Source of the DNA: Plasmodiophora brassicae
Taxonomy: Eukaryota
NCBI GenBank assembly: GCA_036867785.1
Contig: CP145411.1
Location: 310,001 to 374,000 of the forward strand
DNA length: 64,000 nt
Direction of reading: 5' to 3'
The translations under genes were made by a program, and so were the position numbers. The notes beneath the pieces were generated by a model. It saw only the letters and a list, made by a program, of their open reading frames with translations, had not been told where the DNA came from and did no database searches. Shown here piece after piece: positions 1 to 13,501 of the stretch. Each line of letters starts with the position of its first letter. Positions within the stretch are counted from its first letter, which is position 1.

Positions 1-3000
1 TTCCCAGTGCGCGATCCGTTCTTCCACATGCTTCGACGGTCCCTTCAGAATTTCATGAACGCGCTGACTGGCCCGGATTACACAATGTAGTGATGACGTT
101 GCCGGTGACGTTGCCGGAGAACGTTCTGACGGTGACGCTCGCGCGCAGGTATCCGTTCTCGACTTCGCACGTCGAAGATTTCGGCAACCTTCTCAGCGTG
201 TACTGTGACGCCGTTTTTAATCCGCTTCTGACATACAACGACTTTCGACAGGAAGGTCTGTCTGCGTACAGCTGTTTGCGGTACATCGTTCTGTACTTAG
301 GCACATGCAATGAACAGGGCACCGTCTGGAACACGAAATCTGGCACAGCCCGGAGTCGCCAGTTCAGATCAAGGGTATCGTGTACAACGAGATGAAAGGG
401 GCTATGTCCGATCCAGGTGCCTTCTGCTATGCCATGTGAACAACAGTATCTGATGTACGCGGCTCTAGCATCCGTCTTGCATCAGGAACTATGTTCCCGA
501 ATGTTCCCCCATTCGGCTTACCGATTCAATTCCGGTGGCGAACCGCATGCAATTACGTCCTTAACGCATGAAGAGTTAGTCGAGTTCCACCGGCGACATT
601 ACCACCCCAGCAACGCCCGCTTCTTTTCGTAATGTCGCATGGCCCTCGTCCATATCCGCCGCTTATTGTGTCAATAGGTACGGCGACCTTCCTCCTCAGC
701 TGCGGTACCTCAACGAAACCGTTCTATCGCGGTTCGAACGATGTGACGTAAACACGGAAGTTAGCTTGCAGTTCCCGTTCGACAAGGCCCCTGCTCCTTA
801 CCGTTTCAAGGGTCCACCGGATTCAATGGTTCAGTACTGATATAGCGGACCCTACTAGCTTGCAGAGCGACTGAATAATGTGTCCATCCAGGTCATTGAC
901 CCACAGAAGCAGACTACTGTCACCAAGTCGTTCCTCTGCATGGACATCCCGTCAGCAGATCCGGTTGACGTGACCGCCTTTTCATTGATATCTAATCTCC
1001 TGCTTCACGGATCTGATTCTCCAATGCACCGGGCGTTGATAGCACCCAACATCGGCTCCGGGTTCTCCTCAGTAACGGGCTTGATGCCAATGCGGCAGTT
1101 AGTCTGGTCGGTTGGCTTGCAAGGCGTTGCCTCTAGTGATGTCGACAAGGTTGCCGATATCATCAGGTCGACCATACGCGATTGTATGCTGAGCGGATTT
1201 GAGTCTAAGCGCGTAGACGCGATTCTTCACCGATATCGTCTGAGCCAACAGGAAATTCGGACGCAGTTTGGCCTCAACATTTTAAATCGAGTTATGCCAC
1301 GATGGCTTCACGGAAAGCCACCACTTCCTGCTATGCAGCTAGAAGCCCATCTGAAGGAGATTTCGACTCGAATGTCCCGTGGTCCATATCTGGAACAGCT
1401 TATGCGACGGCATCTCTTCGATAACAGTGAGAACCGGTGCTCTTTATGTCGATACGCTATCTGATGTCTGCTGAAGCTCACCAGCTTACTCTGGTGATGG
1501 AGGCGGACCCCGACTATATCTCCAACAAGATTGCCGCTGAGGACGAGAAGTTGAAGAGCACGCCGATCCCTGAACACATTGTGGAAGAAGCGCAAGCACT
1601 TGGGGAGGCGCAGGAGAAACCACAGGATACGCGCTGTTTACCGACATTGCATACCTCTGACATTCCTCCTGAGAACCCAAATGAGTGCACCGATATTACT
1701 GTCGACGTCCCTCGCCGTCGGAAATGTGAATGCTGGCATACGCCACGCTGGGCCTCACAGTATGTGTATAGGAGATATCAAATCCTTCTTTGTCCATCAG
1801 CCTACGAATGGCCTGGTTTACACAGACCTGCTGTTCGAGACTGAGAACGTCCCTACCCACCTGCGCCATCTGCTTCCTCTCTTCTGCAGGTGAGCCTGCG
1901 TTGAAGTCTGATATGGCCATTCCTTATTCATTTGGCACAGCGTCGTGGCTTCCCTGGGTGCTGCTGGGAAATCGTATGAGGAAATGTCCCATCTTCGATC
2001 ACTGTACACTGGTGGGGTATCCGCGTCGCTGCATCTGTTTAGCCCTATCTACAGTCTGTCAACCCATTCCGAGGTACCTGCATGAATAATACGCGCGAAG
2101 GGTCTCCTTATGAGTGTTAGTCCATCACGTTCCGTACGTCGTGTCTGAAGGAAAACTCGGAGGCAGCCTTGTCTTTACTCGGCGATATTGCAACGTCAGC
2201 GGATTTCAACGACAAGGGCCGCTTGCGTCAGCTGATCACTGATATTGCCGCGTCACTTTCTGCTGACATTGTACGTTCGTTTGAGGCATCCGCGTCTCGA
2301 TGCTATATGCTGACCAGCCTGAAGGTGGAGAGTGGACACGTTTATGCGAGAATGCATGCCGCCGCGCGCTGGTCGCCGTGCTTATCTGCGAAAGAGCGTT
2401 TCAGTGGCCTGACCAACGCGTCGCTCATGAACACGTTGGCAGCCAAGTGGGTGGGCAATTGCGCATTCCCTTCGTGTGAGCTAATCGTGATATCAGGATA
2501 AGCTCGGAATCAACGAGCGTCGCAACGCTCGATCAGTTATCCCACGACCTGTCGACAATCGCTTCCAGCATACACTTGCGTCGTAGTAACGTTGTTTCCG
2601 ATCCGGCTTTGATTACTGAAGTTGCTCCTCAAGTGTACAAGTGCCTCGACAGGTTTGTCCCTGGCACAGCAAGGGCAACTGGGTATAGATTGGCTTTGTT
2701 TATCAATGCCATGCATGGATAACGCTTTCTTCAGGGATATCGACAGCGCCTGGCAATTCTTGCCGCCGAACGAGGATCTGAGGCACTTCGTTGGCATTCC
2801 ATTGGAAGTGAACAACGTCGCCATGGCTGTCCCGTGCTGCGTTCCTTACGGTCACGAAGACAGTGCACCGCTTCGCACTGTCATGCGTATCATGTCCACC
2901 GAATACATGCATCGCGAGCTTCGGGAGAAAGGCGGAGCGTACGGCGGCGGGGCATCCTGGTCTTCAGACGGCGCACTGACGTTCTTCTCCTATCGGGACC

Positions 3001-3418
3001 CGAACCTTGACGAAACACTTCAGGCCTTCCTGTCTGCTTGCGTCTGGTAATACGCTGCTATCATTTTAACTGGTCAGGGTTACTGATATCGATCTGAGGT
3101 GCTGCGACGAAGCGAACATAACGGAAGAACGCGTCGAGCAAGCTATTCTGTCCATCTTCTCATCGCTTGATGCGCCGATCCATCCAGCGTCTCAGGGCCG
3201 TCTCGAGTTTATTGAGGGTATTACCCGTGAGCAACGTTTGGAGCATCGCTCTCGTCTGTTGAGGTGGGCGATCCTATACTCTTCCCGCTATTCGCCTTGT
3301 TGAGATTACTGACAGGTTGACGCCGAAAATCGTCTTGGACGCTGCCAACCGCCACCTTGCCAACATTTCTCTAGCAGATGCAGCAGTGACTGTGGTTGGC
3401 AACGAAAGCACCGAGTAG
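1..3418 (+). CDS. Presequence protease / pitrilysin-family M16C metallopeptidase (PreP/Cym1/PITRM1-like), 5'-truncated, multi-exon
   Basis: Spliced translation gives [80 protein letters not shown] and ELREKGGAYGGGA...FFSYRDPN, all typical M16C motifs. The last exon ends ...VTVVGNESTE* (TAG 3416-3418). Confidence 0.92.
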
Positions 3419-3713
3419 GCACTTCGAATACTGCATGTTGCGACGTTCTCTGAGACGTCTCTAGCCCGGCTGCTATTCGAAAGTTCGACCATCCCTGGAA
3501 AATTTCCCGGCTTGCTGAATGGTCCGCTGATTCCAAGGATCGTCAGCAAGACGACGCTCCTGAAGACAAAGTCGAATCGCAGGTGCCGTAAAACGAATGG
3601 GTAACCCCAGATGGCCTGCCCCCACTGTGATAAATCCACATCCTGTGTACCATGGACTGAACCGTACACGTTCGCTCGTGGACCGGCCACGTACATGACA
3701 ATGAGGCAGTATA

Positions 3714-5781
3714 TTACCGGGCTCTACCGCTTTCAAGCTCGTCGAAAGGTAACCGGCCCAATACCTGAACCTGAGGCGCGACATTCTCGTTGGCATCCGC
3801 AGCATCGTCAGCACGTCTCCGGGAGGCCCCTCTGCTGGCCGATTTAGGCGTGGATTTAGCCGTTGACTGCCGCGAGGGCGACGGTTGTCGACCGCGAAGG
3901 GCGACAATCTCCGCCCTCAACGATTCGATGAGCCTGTCCTTCTCGGCCACTGCAACCTTATACCGGAGTAACTGTGAAGACTCGAGGCGACGACGTGCTG
4001 GCCCGAGGTCAACAAGCTTGCAGCGCTGGGCGAACCGCAGCGTACTCAACCCCTCTTGTTCTCCGCAAGGGCTCACGTGGACCAGAGTTGCAACCTTTGC
4101 GCTTGGGCTCAGAAAATCCTGAAGCAGGAAGGTCAAACGCGAATCCCTGAACGGAACGTGTTGATCTCCGTCCGACAGAGCTCTTATAACCTGAAAGCAG
4201 CGGTAAGAGCCGAGTACAACCGGTGTACAGTGGCAATCAGACCTTGGAGAGCGTGCTTAGCGATTTGTTGATGGCCTGCGACTCCCGTAAGCGGTCCCCG
4301 ACAGCACCAGACATTCGCAAGCGCTCACTGCCCGCAAGGTCGACAAGAGCGAGGCGTCCCGTTAACCGGGCACCCGACCGCTTGTCGACACTAACGGCAG
4401 TGAGGCATACAACCAAATGCGATCGCGAGCTCCGCTCGTTGCATAACGTGGCACCCGTGCTGCGTGAGCGAACAGCGCGCATGATCAGGGACCAAGCGTG
4501 CCGAACAGACTCCAGCGTTGTCCAAGTCAGGTTCGTTACACGCCCACCAGTCATGACATCCAACGGGAGCTCTGGCGCATCCGAAGGGACGAGAAGATCG
4601 CGTAACGTCTCGTTATAGATCTCGACGACGCTGGCAGCGAACGTAACGGAGCACACCGCAGAGCGTTCCTCGCGCAGGTCGAACATGTGCTGCAGAGCTC
4701 TGAACGTCACACCTCGATCATCAGGCGGACCTTCCATTGAGAACGTCTTCCCGCTATTCGTTGCACCTGTCAACACCACCTTCGACTTAGTGCCGGTTCA
4801 AGCCATGCGACCAATATCTAACTACACCATAGCTAAAGACGGAACCTGGACAATTGTGTCAATACACAGTTTGCTATGTGGACGGGCTGCGATCACGTTA
4901 CATGTGAAGCCGTCGAGGCACGACCTAAACAGGTCGCGAACTTCGCCGAACACGTCGGCCTGCGTCGCGTCTGGACCCAGCACGCGATCGAACGTGTACA
5001 GTTTGTCGCCAAGGCAGAGGGACGTGTCATCGGCGAAGTCGATATCGGCGTCGTCGCAACCGGCATCGGACTCGAGGCGAGGTCGAACTCTGACGATGAC
5101 CCGTACCTTGCCCCGGAGGTCTCCAATCTCGCCCAGAAGCGCACGACGAGTACTGCTGTCGACCTGGCAGCTCTGTCGCAGGTCAGCCACCTCCTGGCGT
5201 TGAGCTGTCAGACGGACGAGCAGGTCGTCGATCTGGACCTGAGATCCATCCAAGGCCTTCTTGGCCAGCGCGGCCGCTTCTGTTCGTAGTGTTGCCAGCG
5301 CGCAGCGCATGCTGTCCACAGACTGCTTCGCTTGGACCAAGGCGTCGTGCGATCGCATGCGAGTACGCGATAATTGCTGTCGAAGGTCCTCGATCTCCGC
5401 CTCGACATTGTCCAGCGCGCGTCGATTGGACGCGCGCTCCAGACGGTCGTGAATGTCGGACAGGCGCCGGTTGAGAGCGTCGCCGTCATCCGTGATGCAA
5501 ACAACGGGTTCGGTCTGGTGCTTCCCACGCAGCCGTACGGTCCGCTTCGGTGACCAGGTCGGCGTTGCGCCCAGGACGACGTACGCGTACTGGAAGTCGA
5601 CGGCGGGGACGTCCACCTGGCAACGCCACGTCGCCGCCGCCGCCGACTCCAGCGGCACCGCCCGCGACAGATCCCACCCGCCCAGCTGCTCGATCGACCC
5701 GGACAGCACCAGGCGGTCGGCGTCGCCCGCCGCGTACCGCACCTGGTACAGCAGGCGGACCAACGGCGGCGGCGACGACAT
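3714..5781 (-). CDS. Kinesin-14-type motor with N-terminal CBM20 (starch/glycogen-binding) domain and coiled coil
   Basis: Neck RRALLGEIGDLRGKVRVIVRVRP, P-loop GATNSGKT, switch I NERSSRSH, switch II LVDLAGSER, INKSLSTL and STLRFAQR. The N-terminus LVLSGSIEQLGGWDLSRAVPL...W..QVDVP..FQYAY...W resembles CBM20. ATG at 5779-5781. Confidence 0.88.
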
Positions 5782-5998
5782 CGAGGCCACCTCGCCGTCG
5801 ACCCAAAATGACTCCGCCAGCCGGGCCTGGCGACTGGCGACTGGCGAGTGAGTGGGTCGACTGTCGAGCCACTGTGCAGCCCCGAACACGCGCCAAAACG
5901 CGGCTTGTCTGCACAGACAAGCAGCCAGACGTCGAGATGTCGGACGCGATGCCGATGCGGGAACGAAAATGTACTCTGGTTTGTGCAACAAAACGCGG

Positions 5999-6439
5999 TC
6001 AGACGACGACGATGGCGCTTAGGGCCGCCAGAGCTACGAGGGACATCGGTGGCAGGGCGGGCTTGTTGCTGGTGCTGGACGACAGGGTGGAAGCGCTCTT
6101 GACTGGCTGGAGCGTGATGAACGCAGCGGGTGGCGGGCTTGCTGGCGGACGCGGCGCGTCCGTCGTAGGGCGAGCTGGCGGCGTGGTCGCTGTCGGCAGT
6201 GGTGTTACTGGATCCCGGTTCCTGGTTCAGGTCGGTGGGTCGAACCGGGCCGACACTGCATCGTGATGGTGGGCGTACCGGGGGAAGCAGACGAAACAGG
6301 CGTGCGGACAGCGGAACTCGAACTCCTGGCAGCGCTGGTGGCACTCTCTGCAATCCACACGATGCCGCCAACGAGCCTGTACTCCGAATATCAGGGCGGC
6401 GATCACGACGGCACAGTATACGCGCGACACGGTGCCCAT
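5999..6439 (-). CDS. Small secreted Cys-rich protein with Pro/Thr stalk and GPI-like hydrophobic C-terminus (2 exons)
   Basis: Signal-like MGTVSRVYCAVVIAALIFGVQA, then the 6-Cys module CRECHQRCQEFEFRCPHACFVC. A GT-AG intron at 6222-6278 joins in frame to NRDPVTPLPTATTPPARPTT...AFITLQP...MSLVALAALSAIVVV*. Confidence 0.72.
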
Positions 6440-6621
6440 GGCGACCCTCGCCACGCCGTTGCACTACCCAAAACCCATGCAGAAGGTTCTAGAATTGGCT
6501 CAGGCTGGGTGCCCAACTCGAGCGTTTCTGCGATACATGGACGTGCCGCATCAGCCAGGCAGTAAATGTGTGAATGCGGTTGGACTCCTCGACAACGAAC
6601 ATCAGTGCGATGTATTTCGGT

Positions 6622-7111
6622 TTACTGATGGAACGCGCATATGGCGAGGAGCAGCGGCAGCAGGGAGACGGGAGGTGGAGAATAACCGGGCGACGCTCTC
6701 GCAAGAGACGCCTTTGATGCTGATGCCGGCGGTTGGAGCGTGACGAAAACTGCACGTGGGGGAGATGATGACGACGACTTGTGTGCAGGCGATGACAGAC
6801 GCTTTGTCGAGATCGCGGGTGCACTGGACCTAATCGGGAATCTGGTTGTTTCGTTCCGCGCCCGGATCTTGGTCGTGATCGACTGAGCGTTGCAGAATTG
6901 CACCCTGCGGCCCGAACGGGTCAGGACCACGCGGGCACAACTCGGGCGACATACGTGGGCATTACCCTATGCCACAGTACCCGAACCGGCTGCAGCAGAG
7001 CCCAGGTCGGCATGGCCATGTGGCGCTGCATGTCCCATTCCCTGCACTTGGCAACTGCTGTGCCGCATGGGCAGTCACTGCCATCATCATGATCCCCAGC
7101 ACCAGCCGCAT
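6622..7111 (-). CDS. Secreted hevein-type (CBM18) chitin-binding protein with Ser/Pro stalk and GPI-like tail (2 exons)
   Basis: Signal-like MRLVLGIMMMAVTAHA. The hevein motif CSATWPCRPGLCCSRFGYCGIGVQFC is completed across the intron at 6905-6965. C-terminus VSLLPLLLAICAFHQ*. Confidence 0.85.
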
Positions 7112-7509
7112 AGCACGCTTCAGCACTGCCCTCAAACGCGTGCCCGCATCTGGGTTCTCGAACCCACTTGACGGGACGTTCGCGAATCGCCGAGGGATTC
7201 GAGTCACAAAGCTCCAGACTTTGGCAGGAAATCGAATGGTACGTTTAGACCTTAATGGTGATCCTGGAGAGGGGGCACGCCGCTGGCCAGTACTCTACCA
7301 ACTCGTGGCGAAGCTATTGATCACTGACCTGCCGCGTTCCGGCCAACGTTACGTATCAGGGCATTCGGCCTTGATTCGATTCGCCAATCGTCATTGTGCT
7401 CACAGCGGTTGCCCGGGGCAGTCACAGAGATCCTTCGAATCGCCGGGGCGCCTCGATATCGTCGGCACTGGGCTACCTACCTACCTACCGGTAGGTGGAC
7501 AGGTCTACG

Positions 7510-8067
7510 ATGAGCCGGCGGACATCGCTAGAGGAGGGGGACGGTGCCGCGTTCCCCTTCCTCGCCGGGATGCTCAACCTGGCGCCTCTGGTGCGCGGAC
7601 GCACGCCCGACGACCTGCGAACCATAGCCGCCCGACAGTTCGCCGACAAGTACCAAAAGTACTTGGTCAGTCGTGCCGAAGGTACCGATTCCCGCGCGCG
7701 TCTTCACACCGAAACCCTCACGCCTGTGCAGCCATCTGCAATTCCGGTCGGCGATGGTCACTCACGTACGTGTGGTTCGGTGCGGTTCTCGACCTGCATT
7801 CATTGACGATAGTGGGCGGTCTCATTCGCCACTGACGCTCGACGACGTTCGTAATGCCATGACGGAGCACATGCCCGACGATACCAAGGTACGGGGACGC
7901 CCGTCGTCAGGTGTCGTTGATGAAGTTGGCTGACACCGATGCGATCGCAGGATGTCTTGACCCTGCGCCGGTCCTCAGCAGAGTTCGAGCCCGACCTGGG
8001 ATCCATATCTGAAACCGGTATTGGGACGAGCGGGTCGGCAGGAACCATGTCGCGATTGGGGTTCTGA
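7510..8067 (+). CDS. Hypothetical protein (about 3 exons)
   Basis: ORF segments MSRRTSLEEG..., SHSPLTLDDVRNAMTEHMPDDTK and DVLTLRRSSAEF...MSRLGF* are separated by GT-AG intron-like gaps. No recognisable domain. Confidence 0.5.
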
Positions 8068-8741
8068 CCCGTTGACGGTAGATCCGGTGTCGCAGCATTT
8101 CGAGGAGGACATGATCGCATTCGACTGAGACGCACGATATAAACATGGAGATCGCCTCTAATGAACAAGCAACTATCCAACTTACTACCTTGAGGCGCGC
8201 ATGCGAACCGCACGTTAATAGCACACCTGGCAGTTCGAGACGACGAACGGGATTCATTTTACCACGTTTCGTTGGACGTATTGCCCCACAATGGTAAAGT
8301 GGGTGCGAGTTGTCGCGCCCGGTTGGTTGCCGTGCATCGTTAAGGCATTGCACTGGCCAGTGGCGTGGCCAGTGCCCCGTGAATCGGCGAGGGGCAATGT
8401 CGTCCCAGTGGTATTTGGTTTATTTTCAGAAGACGCCTGCAAACAGAACCCATATGTAGATAAGCAATGCAAAGAATATGCGAGGAGGTGCCTCTACGGT
8501 AGGTTGGTAGTACGGTCTACCTATCGGCGATCGGGTAGGTACGGCTGCGCCGCGCGCGTTGTTGCGTTCTAAAAGTGTGACGGGTGCGGCACGTTTTTGC
8601 TTTTTTTGGGTGCGGACCCAGCGGGTCGATCAGAGCGATAATCGGAGGTCACAGGGGCGGCGTCAGACAGAGTCGTGCGCGCGAGTTTGGGCGTCGGATC
8701 CGGAGGGGCCTGAGGCGGAACCGCGTCCCAATCGTCCGGCC

Positions 8742-9529
<788 letters not shown>

Positions 9530-9674
9530 TCGATCTAATATTTCACCCATCATTGAAGTACCCTTTGTCTGTCGCTGGTCCCTTTCTTCCTAATACAACT
9601 GCGAATGTCCGCATTCTTCACTTCGTAGATCATCGTACATAGGCAGTTCCTGTCGCTTTATCACTCGATCGTCG

Positions 9675-11553
9675 TTAGCCGTCGAACGGCAGGCTGTCGC
9701 CCAGCCTCATATCCACAACTGGTGTGTCCTGATCCACCCAGCCAGCGCGAGGTTCCCAGCGCTGCCTGCAGCGAGACGTGAAGTTTTTGTACTTCATGAG
9801 CTCGAGCCCTGCGAACTTCATGTAGTCCTGCAATGGTCGCACCTGGGGTTTGCCCAGTTAGGGCCCGGCATGTTTAAGCACTGGCCCATCCCGTACCGTG
9901 CCGACGCCGAGATGCTCAATCTCGGACCGATCGAAATCGACCTCATCATCAATGCGCGAGTTCAGGATATGACGAGCTCGCGCTAGGCATATCAGGTAAA
10001 ATCAGCGGGCGTATACATGGATAGTATACGGCAGTGTCGGCGCCTGACCTTCGGAAGCGCGGCATATTGGTACCCAGTTCTGCGATTCGACCTAACGCGC
10101 GGTCAGCAGCAATCCACCAGACAAGCGCTGACGTGTGACCCTCCTACATGGACGTTCTTGGTTCTTCCTCCGTACACATGACTGACAATGTTCACAATCG
10201 GGGTATACATGTCCCACCCGCTGGTCCATATTCTGGCTGCGATCAGAACCTCCTCGCCATGGAATATGTACCTAGGAGATACCGTCATCTCCTGACCGGC
10301 GAGCTGTGAGGTCTCCAGAGCCTACGGCAGGTATCGATCGAACGGCGCGTCGTAGAGGACGTGACTCTCAGCAGCGAAGAACCCGCCGCCCATAAACGGG
10401 CTCAGGCATGTCGTACGTTCGCCTGCCGCCGACAACGCTATCCCGGGCGACATATTCGCCTGCCGGCAGACGTCTAGCCGAACAGGAGCGTGTCACAGTC
10501 GAGTCCGTTCTCCTGTAGGTAACCGCCTTACCTTGGCCCTGGGTGAAGAGCCCTGCCGGAGCCTACGACAAAGTGCATAACTCACTGGCCGGCACGAAAC
10601 GTCAAGCATGGCTTCTGACCTGTTCGTGGTCGTTGGCAACACAGATCCAGGTGACGTCCGGCTTGCCGAGTTCGTCTTCCCGGCCGGGCGGGTAATGGGT
10701 GATTGCGCTTCGGCTTGGGTTCGGCAGTTGTCGCAAGTTGCTGATCAGCTGGTCGTCCCAGCCGACCATGAAATGTGAGTGCGCGTCGATCTGCATGAAG
10801 TACTGCTCGCCGTCCCACAGCTTCGACGCCATGTACCGGGCGTGCGTTGGCCCGCGTGCCATGTTCGATGGAATGCGCACCAGGCGGACGCGCTGGCGCT
10901 CCTCACCCGTCAGCATCGATTCGCAAGGCACATCGTCACTGTCCTCAGCCGCCAACTTCGTCTGGTCCACGAGGCCGACGAACACCCGTTTAGGCTGGGC
11001 ACTTCGTCAGACGCGCGGGCAATGACGATGAAATAGCAGAACTGACCGACACCGCCTTGTCGAACATTTCACGAAGCGTCAGGACGCAGGCGTTGTCGCG
11101 ATAGCTGGCAATGGACACGAAGATCGTCCCCTTGCGAACGTGGCGGAACTGTTCAGTCAACCGTGCCCGGTACGCAGGCACACTAGACCCGATAGTTCAA
11201 TGCGTTCGTTGCCCAAACGCGCGCGAAATGCAACGCGTCACCTTTCGTTGAAGTACGGCGCGTTGTCATGCGTGTATGTCATTCTGCAGAAGCGTGAGGC
11301 AGCGTCTGTGAAACGATTTACTTCCCGATACGACGTACTTGTCGACAGAGAGGATTGCGTTGGAGGAAGCGTAGCCCAAACGAGTTGTCGCGCGGCTGAT
11401 CAGGAAGATGATGGAAGACAGGAAGAGGGCGGAAACGCCGGCCAAGACAACAATGGCGGCAATCTGCTGCTTTCGGGTGGTCCTCGCCAGGACCTTCTCG
11501 AACCACGACTTCTCTTCGCTGCGTTGCGACGACAGCAGCGGCCGAGCCAGCAT
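9675..11553 (-). CDS. GT60-family polypeptide alpha-N-acetylglucosaminyltransferase, type II membrane protein
   Basis: IFVSIASYRD, ARGPTHARY, YFMQIDAHSHF..GWD, PFDRYLPYIFHGEE..IAARIWTSGWD.YTP. N-terminal TM IAAIVVLAGVSALFLSSIIFLI. Multi-exon, ending ...DSLPFDG*. Confidence 0.88.
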
Positions 11554-11780
11554 CGCTACGGCTGGAGGTTGCTCTCGCGAAGACAATAGAATGACACTCA
11601 TCGGGGCACGCACCCCCTCCAGTCACAAGGTATATCTCGCCGCCTACATTCCGGAACCAATGTCTCGATAATCGCTAACGCGCATTCGACGCAATGCATC
11701 ACGGGGACGACGTTGTCAGGCAACCGGTGGAGTGTCCCCCAGACTCGCAGCATTCGTTGGCGTGGATATGGTGTGTGTAC

Positions 11781-12701
11781 TTAGACGAATCGCTCGAGAT
11801 TGACCCGGGAGCGTTTGAAGGCGCGCTCAGCGTCGGCCGTAGTGGACGGGTTGACCCAGGCGGCACGACAATAGACGCAGCTGACCGGTTCGCCTCGCTG
11901 GCGGCGCTGCGCGGCCCACCTGGTGAAACACTCAACGTGGACGCTGCGACGACACGACGCCCGGCAGAAGTCGAGTTCGTCGTCTTCCGCGATCGCCTCG
12001 AAACAGATCGGGCACTCATCGCCCTGCTCAAGCGGGCGACGTTCGACGTCCGCAAGCTCGGCGCCGGTATTATCCGACAAATCGTTGCCCGTGATCGCAA
12101 CGAACGCGTTGCAGACCGCGGATGGCGCCATGGCTTCGCAGCTGGTGCCACGAGATTCGGCATAAATGCTTTCGAGCTCAGACGCGGATATTCGAGCGTC
12201 TCCCCGCGCCACAACCGGATGATCGCTTCGGACCTGCACGCAACGTTGGATGGATCGAGCATCATCGCATGGTGCATCAGACGACTACTACCGTACCTTG
12301 AGGACGCGAATAAGAATGAACAGAAGATGCTTGCACAGACCTTTCCGGCAGCGCTGATCGATGCACGTGCAGGCGGTCTTGTTCGGTATTCGACTCAGCG
12401 TCGGGTAGTAGACATTACCGGTGGTGCCCAGCACGATGAACGTGAGGGACCCCTCAGCGAGATCCGCGTCGGTATCGCGACGCCCGACTAGATACAGGCG
12501 ATCCGTGACCGCCCGACGCCGACGCCCGGCATTGCCAGCCGGCGTCGCCTGCCGCGCCGGCTTGGCCCTCGTGAGCCCCGGCCCCGCTTCCGACTTCGAC
12601 GCACGCTTCGTGCGCGCCCGCCCAGCTGGCTCCGCGTTCTCGTCCTGCTGCCGCTTTGCCTGCGCCTGCTTGGCCGCTGCTACCCGCGCCGACCGACGCA
12701 T
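11781..12701 (-). CDS. SWIM zinc finger + RING finger protein (ZSWIM2/MEKK1-N-like), putative E3 ligase
   Basis: VLGTTGNVY...CTCIDQRCRKGLCKHLLFILIRVL (SWIM CxCx(n)CxH) and CPICFE...C...C...H..C...CVYCRAAW (RING). One intron near 12240-12295. Confidence 0.85.
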
Positions 12702-12811
12702 TTGACCAAATCAGGGTGACACTGACAGCGGCACCTCCGAAGTATTCAGTGGAAAACCGCGCGCTCCGCGCCATCTGTGACATGCTGAAACGCGATGCCC
12801 GCGACGTGTGG

Positions 12812-13501
12812 GCGTCTCATTATTTCCCGCACCGCGCCGTACCTTCCAAAAAATACCCCAGTAGTTTTGGCGAGATACGACGTTCTTTTTCGGTCCCGCC
12901 GCGCGGATACCCGCATCCATCGCAAAATTAATGGTCAAATCCGAGTGAGATTGCACACGTCGCGTTTTCTATATGCCCGCAAATCGTCCAGCAACCATGT
13001 CAGAGAATGACATAATATACAAGAGGCCAAAGCATTGTAATTGCGCCATTCGCACCGGAGGCGTCTGCGTGTACGCATAGTGTATAACTTCACGCTCCTG
13101 TTAATTGATTTGTCGTCAGATGGTTCGTCCGTGCCAGATTATCAAGAGGTTGCTACGGCCACGTGATGCATATAGCCTCGACTTTCGTTCATTCAAGCCC
13201 CGGATATGACGTCTACATCACGCTCCGGTGGGGTGCACGAGGAATCCTCTGATCTGTACCTGCCGTCCGCCTAGCTAACGCGAGTACTAATCGGCGTCAG
13301 GAGAATGTAGCTACTGCAAACCATCCAGGTGTGCGATTCGTATATACAGGTCGTCCTTGAGACTACATATTCCGGTCGATAACCACCTATGTCGAAGGCG
13401 TCGACAAATCGCAAGTCCCAACTGACTGCTCAAGTTGCTTGACAAAAACTACTGGGGTATTTTTTGGAGGGTACGGCGCGGTGCGGGAAATAATGAGACG
13501 C
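12812..13501. mobile_element. Non-autonomous TIR DNA transposon (Mutator/MULE-like), 690 bp
   Basis: 57-bp terminal inverted repeats (12812-12868 and 13445-13501, one mismatch) flanked by the exact 9-bp direct repeat GACGTGTGG (12803-12811 and 13502-13510). Confidence 0.85.

Noticed and set aside
11781-12701. SWIM domain next to a MULE-like element, as a possible transposase
   Set aside because: It is a SWIM+RING cellular architecture with no DDE domain, and it lies outside the TIRs.
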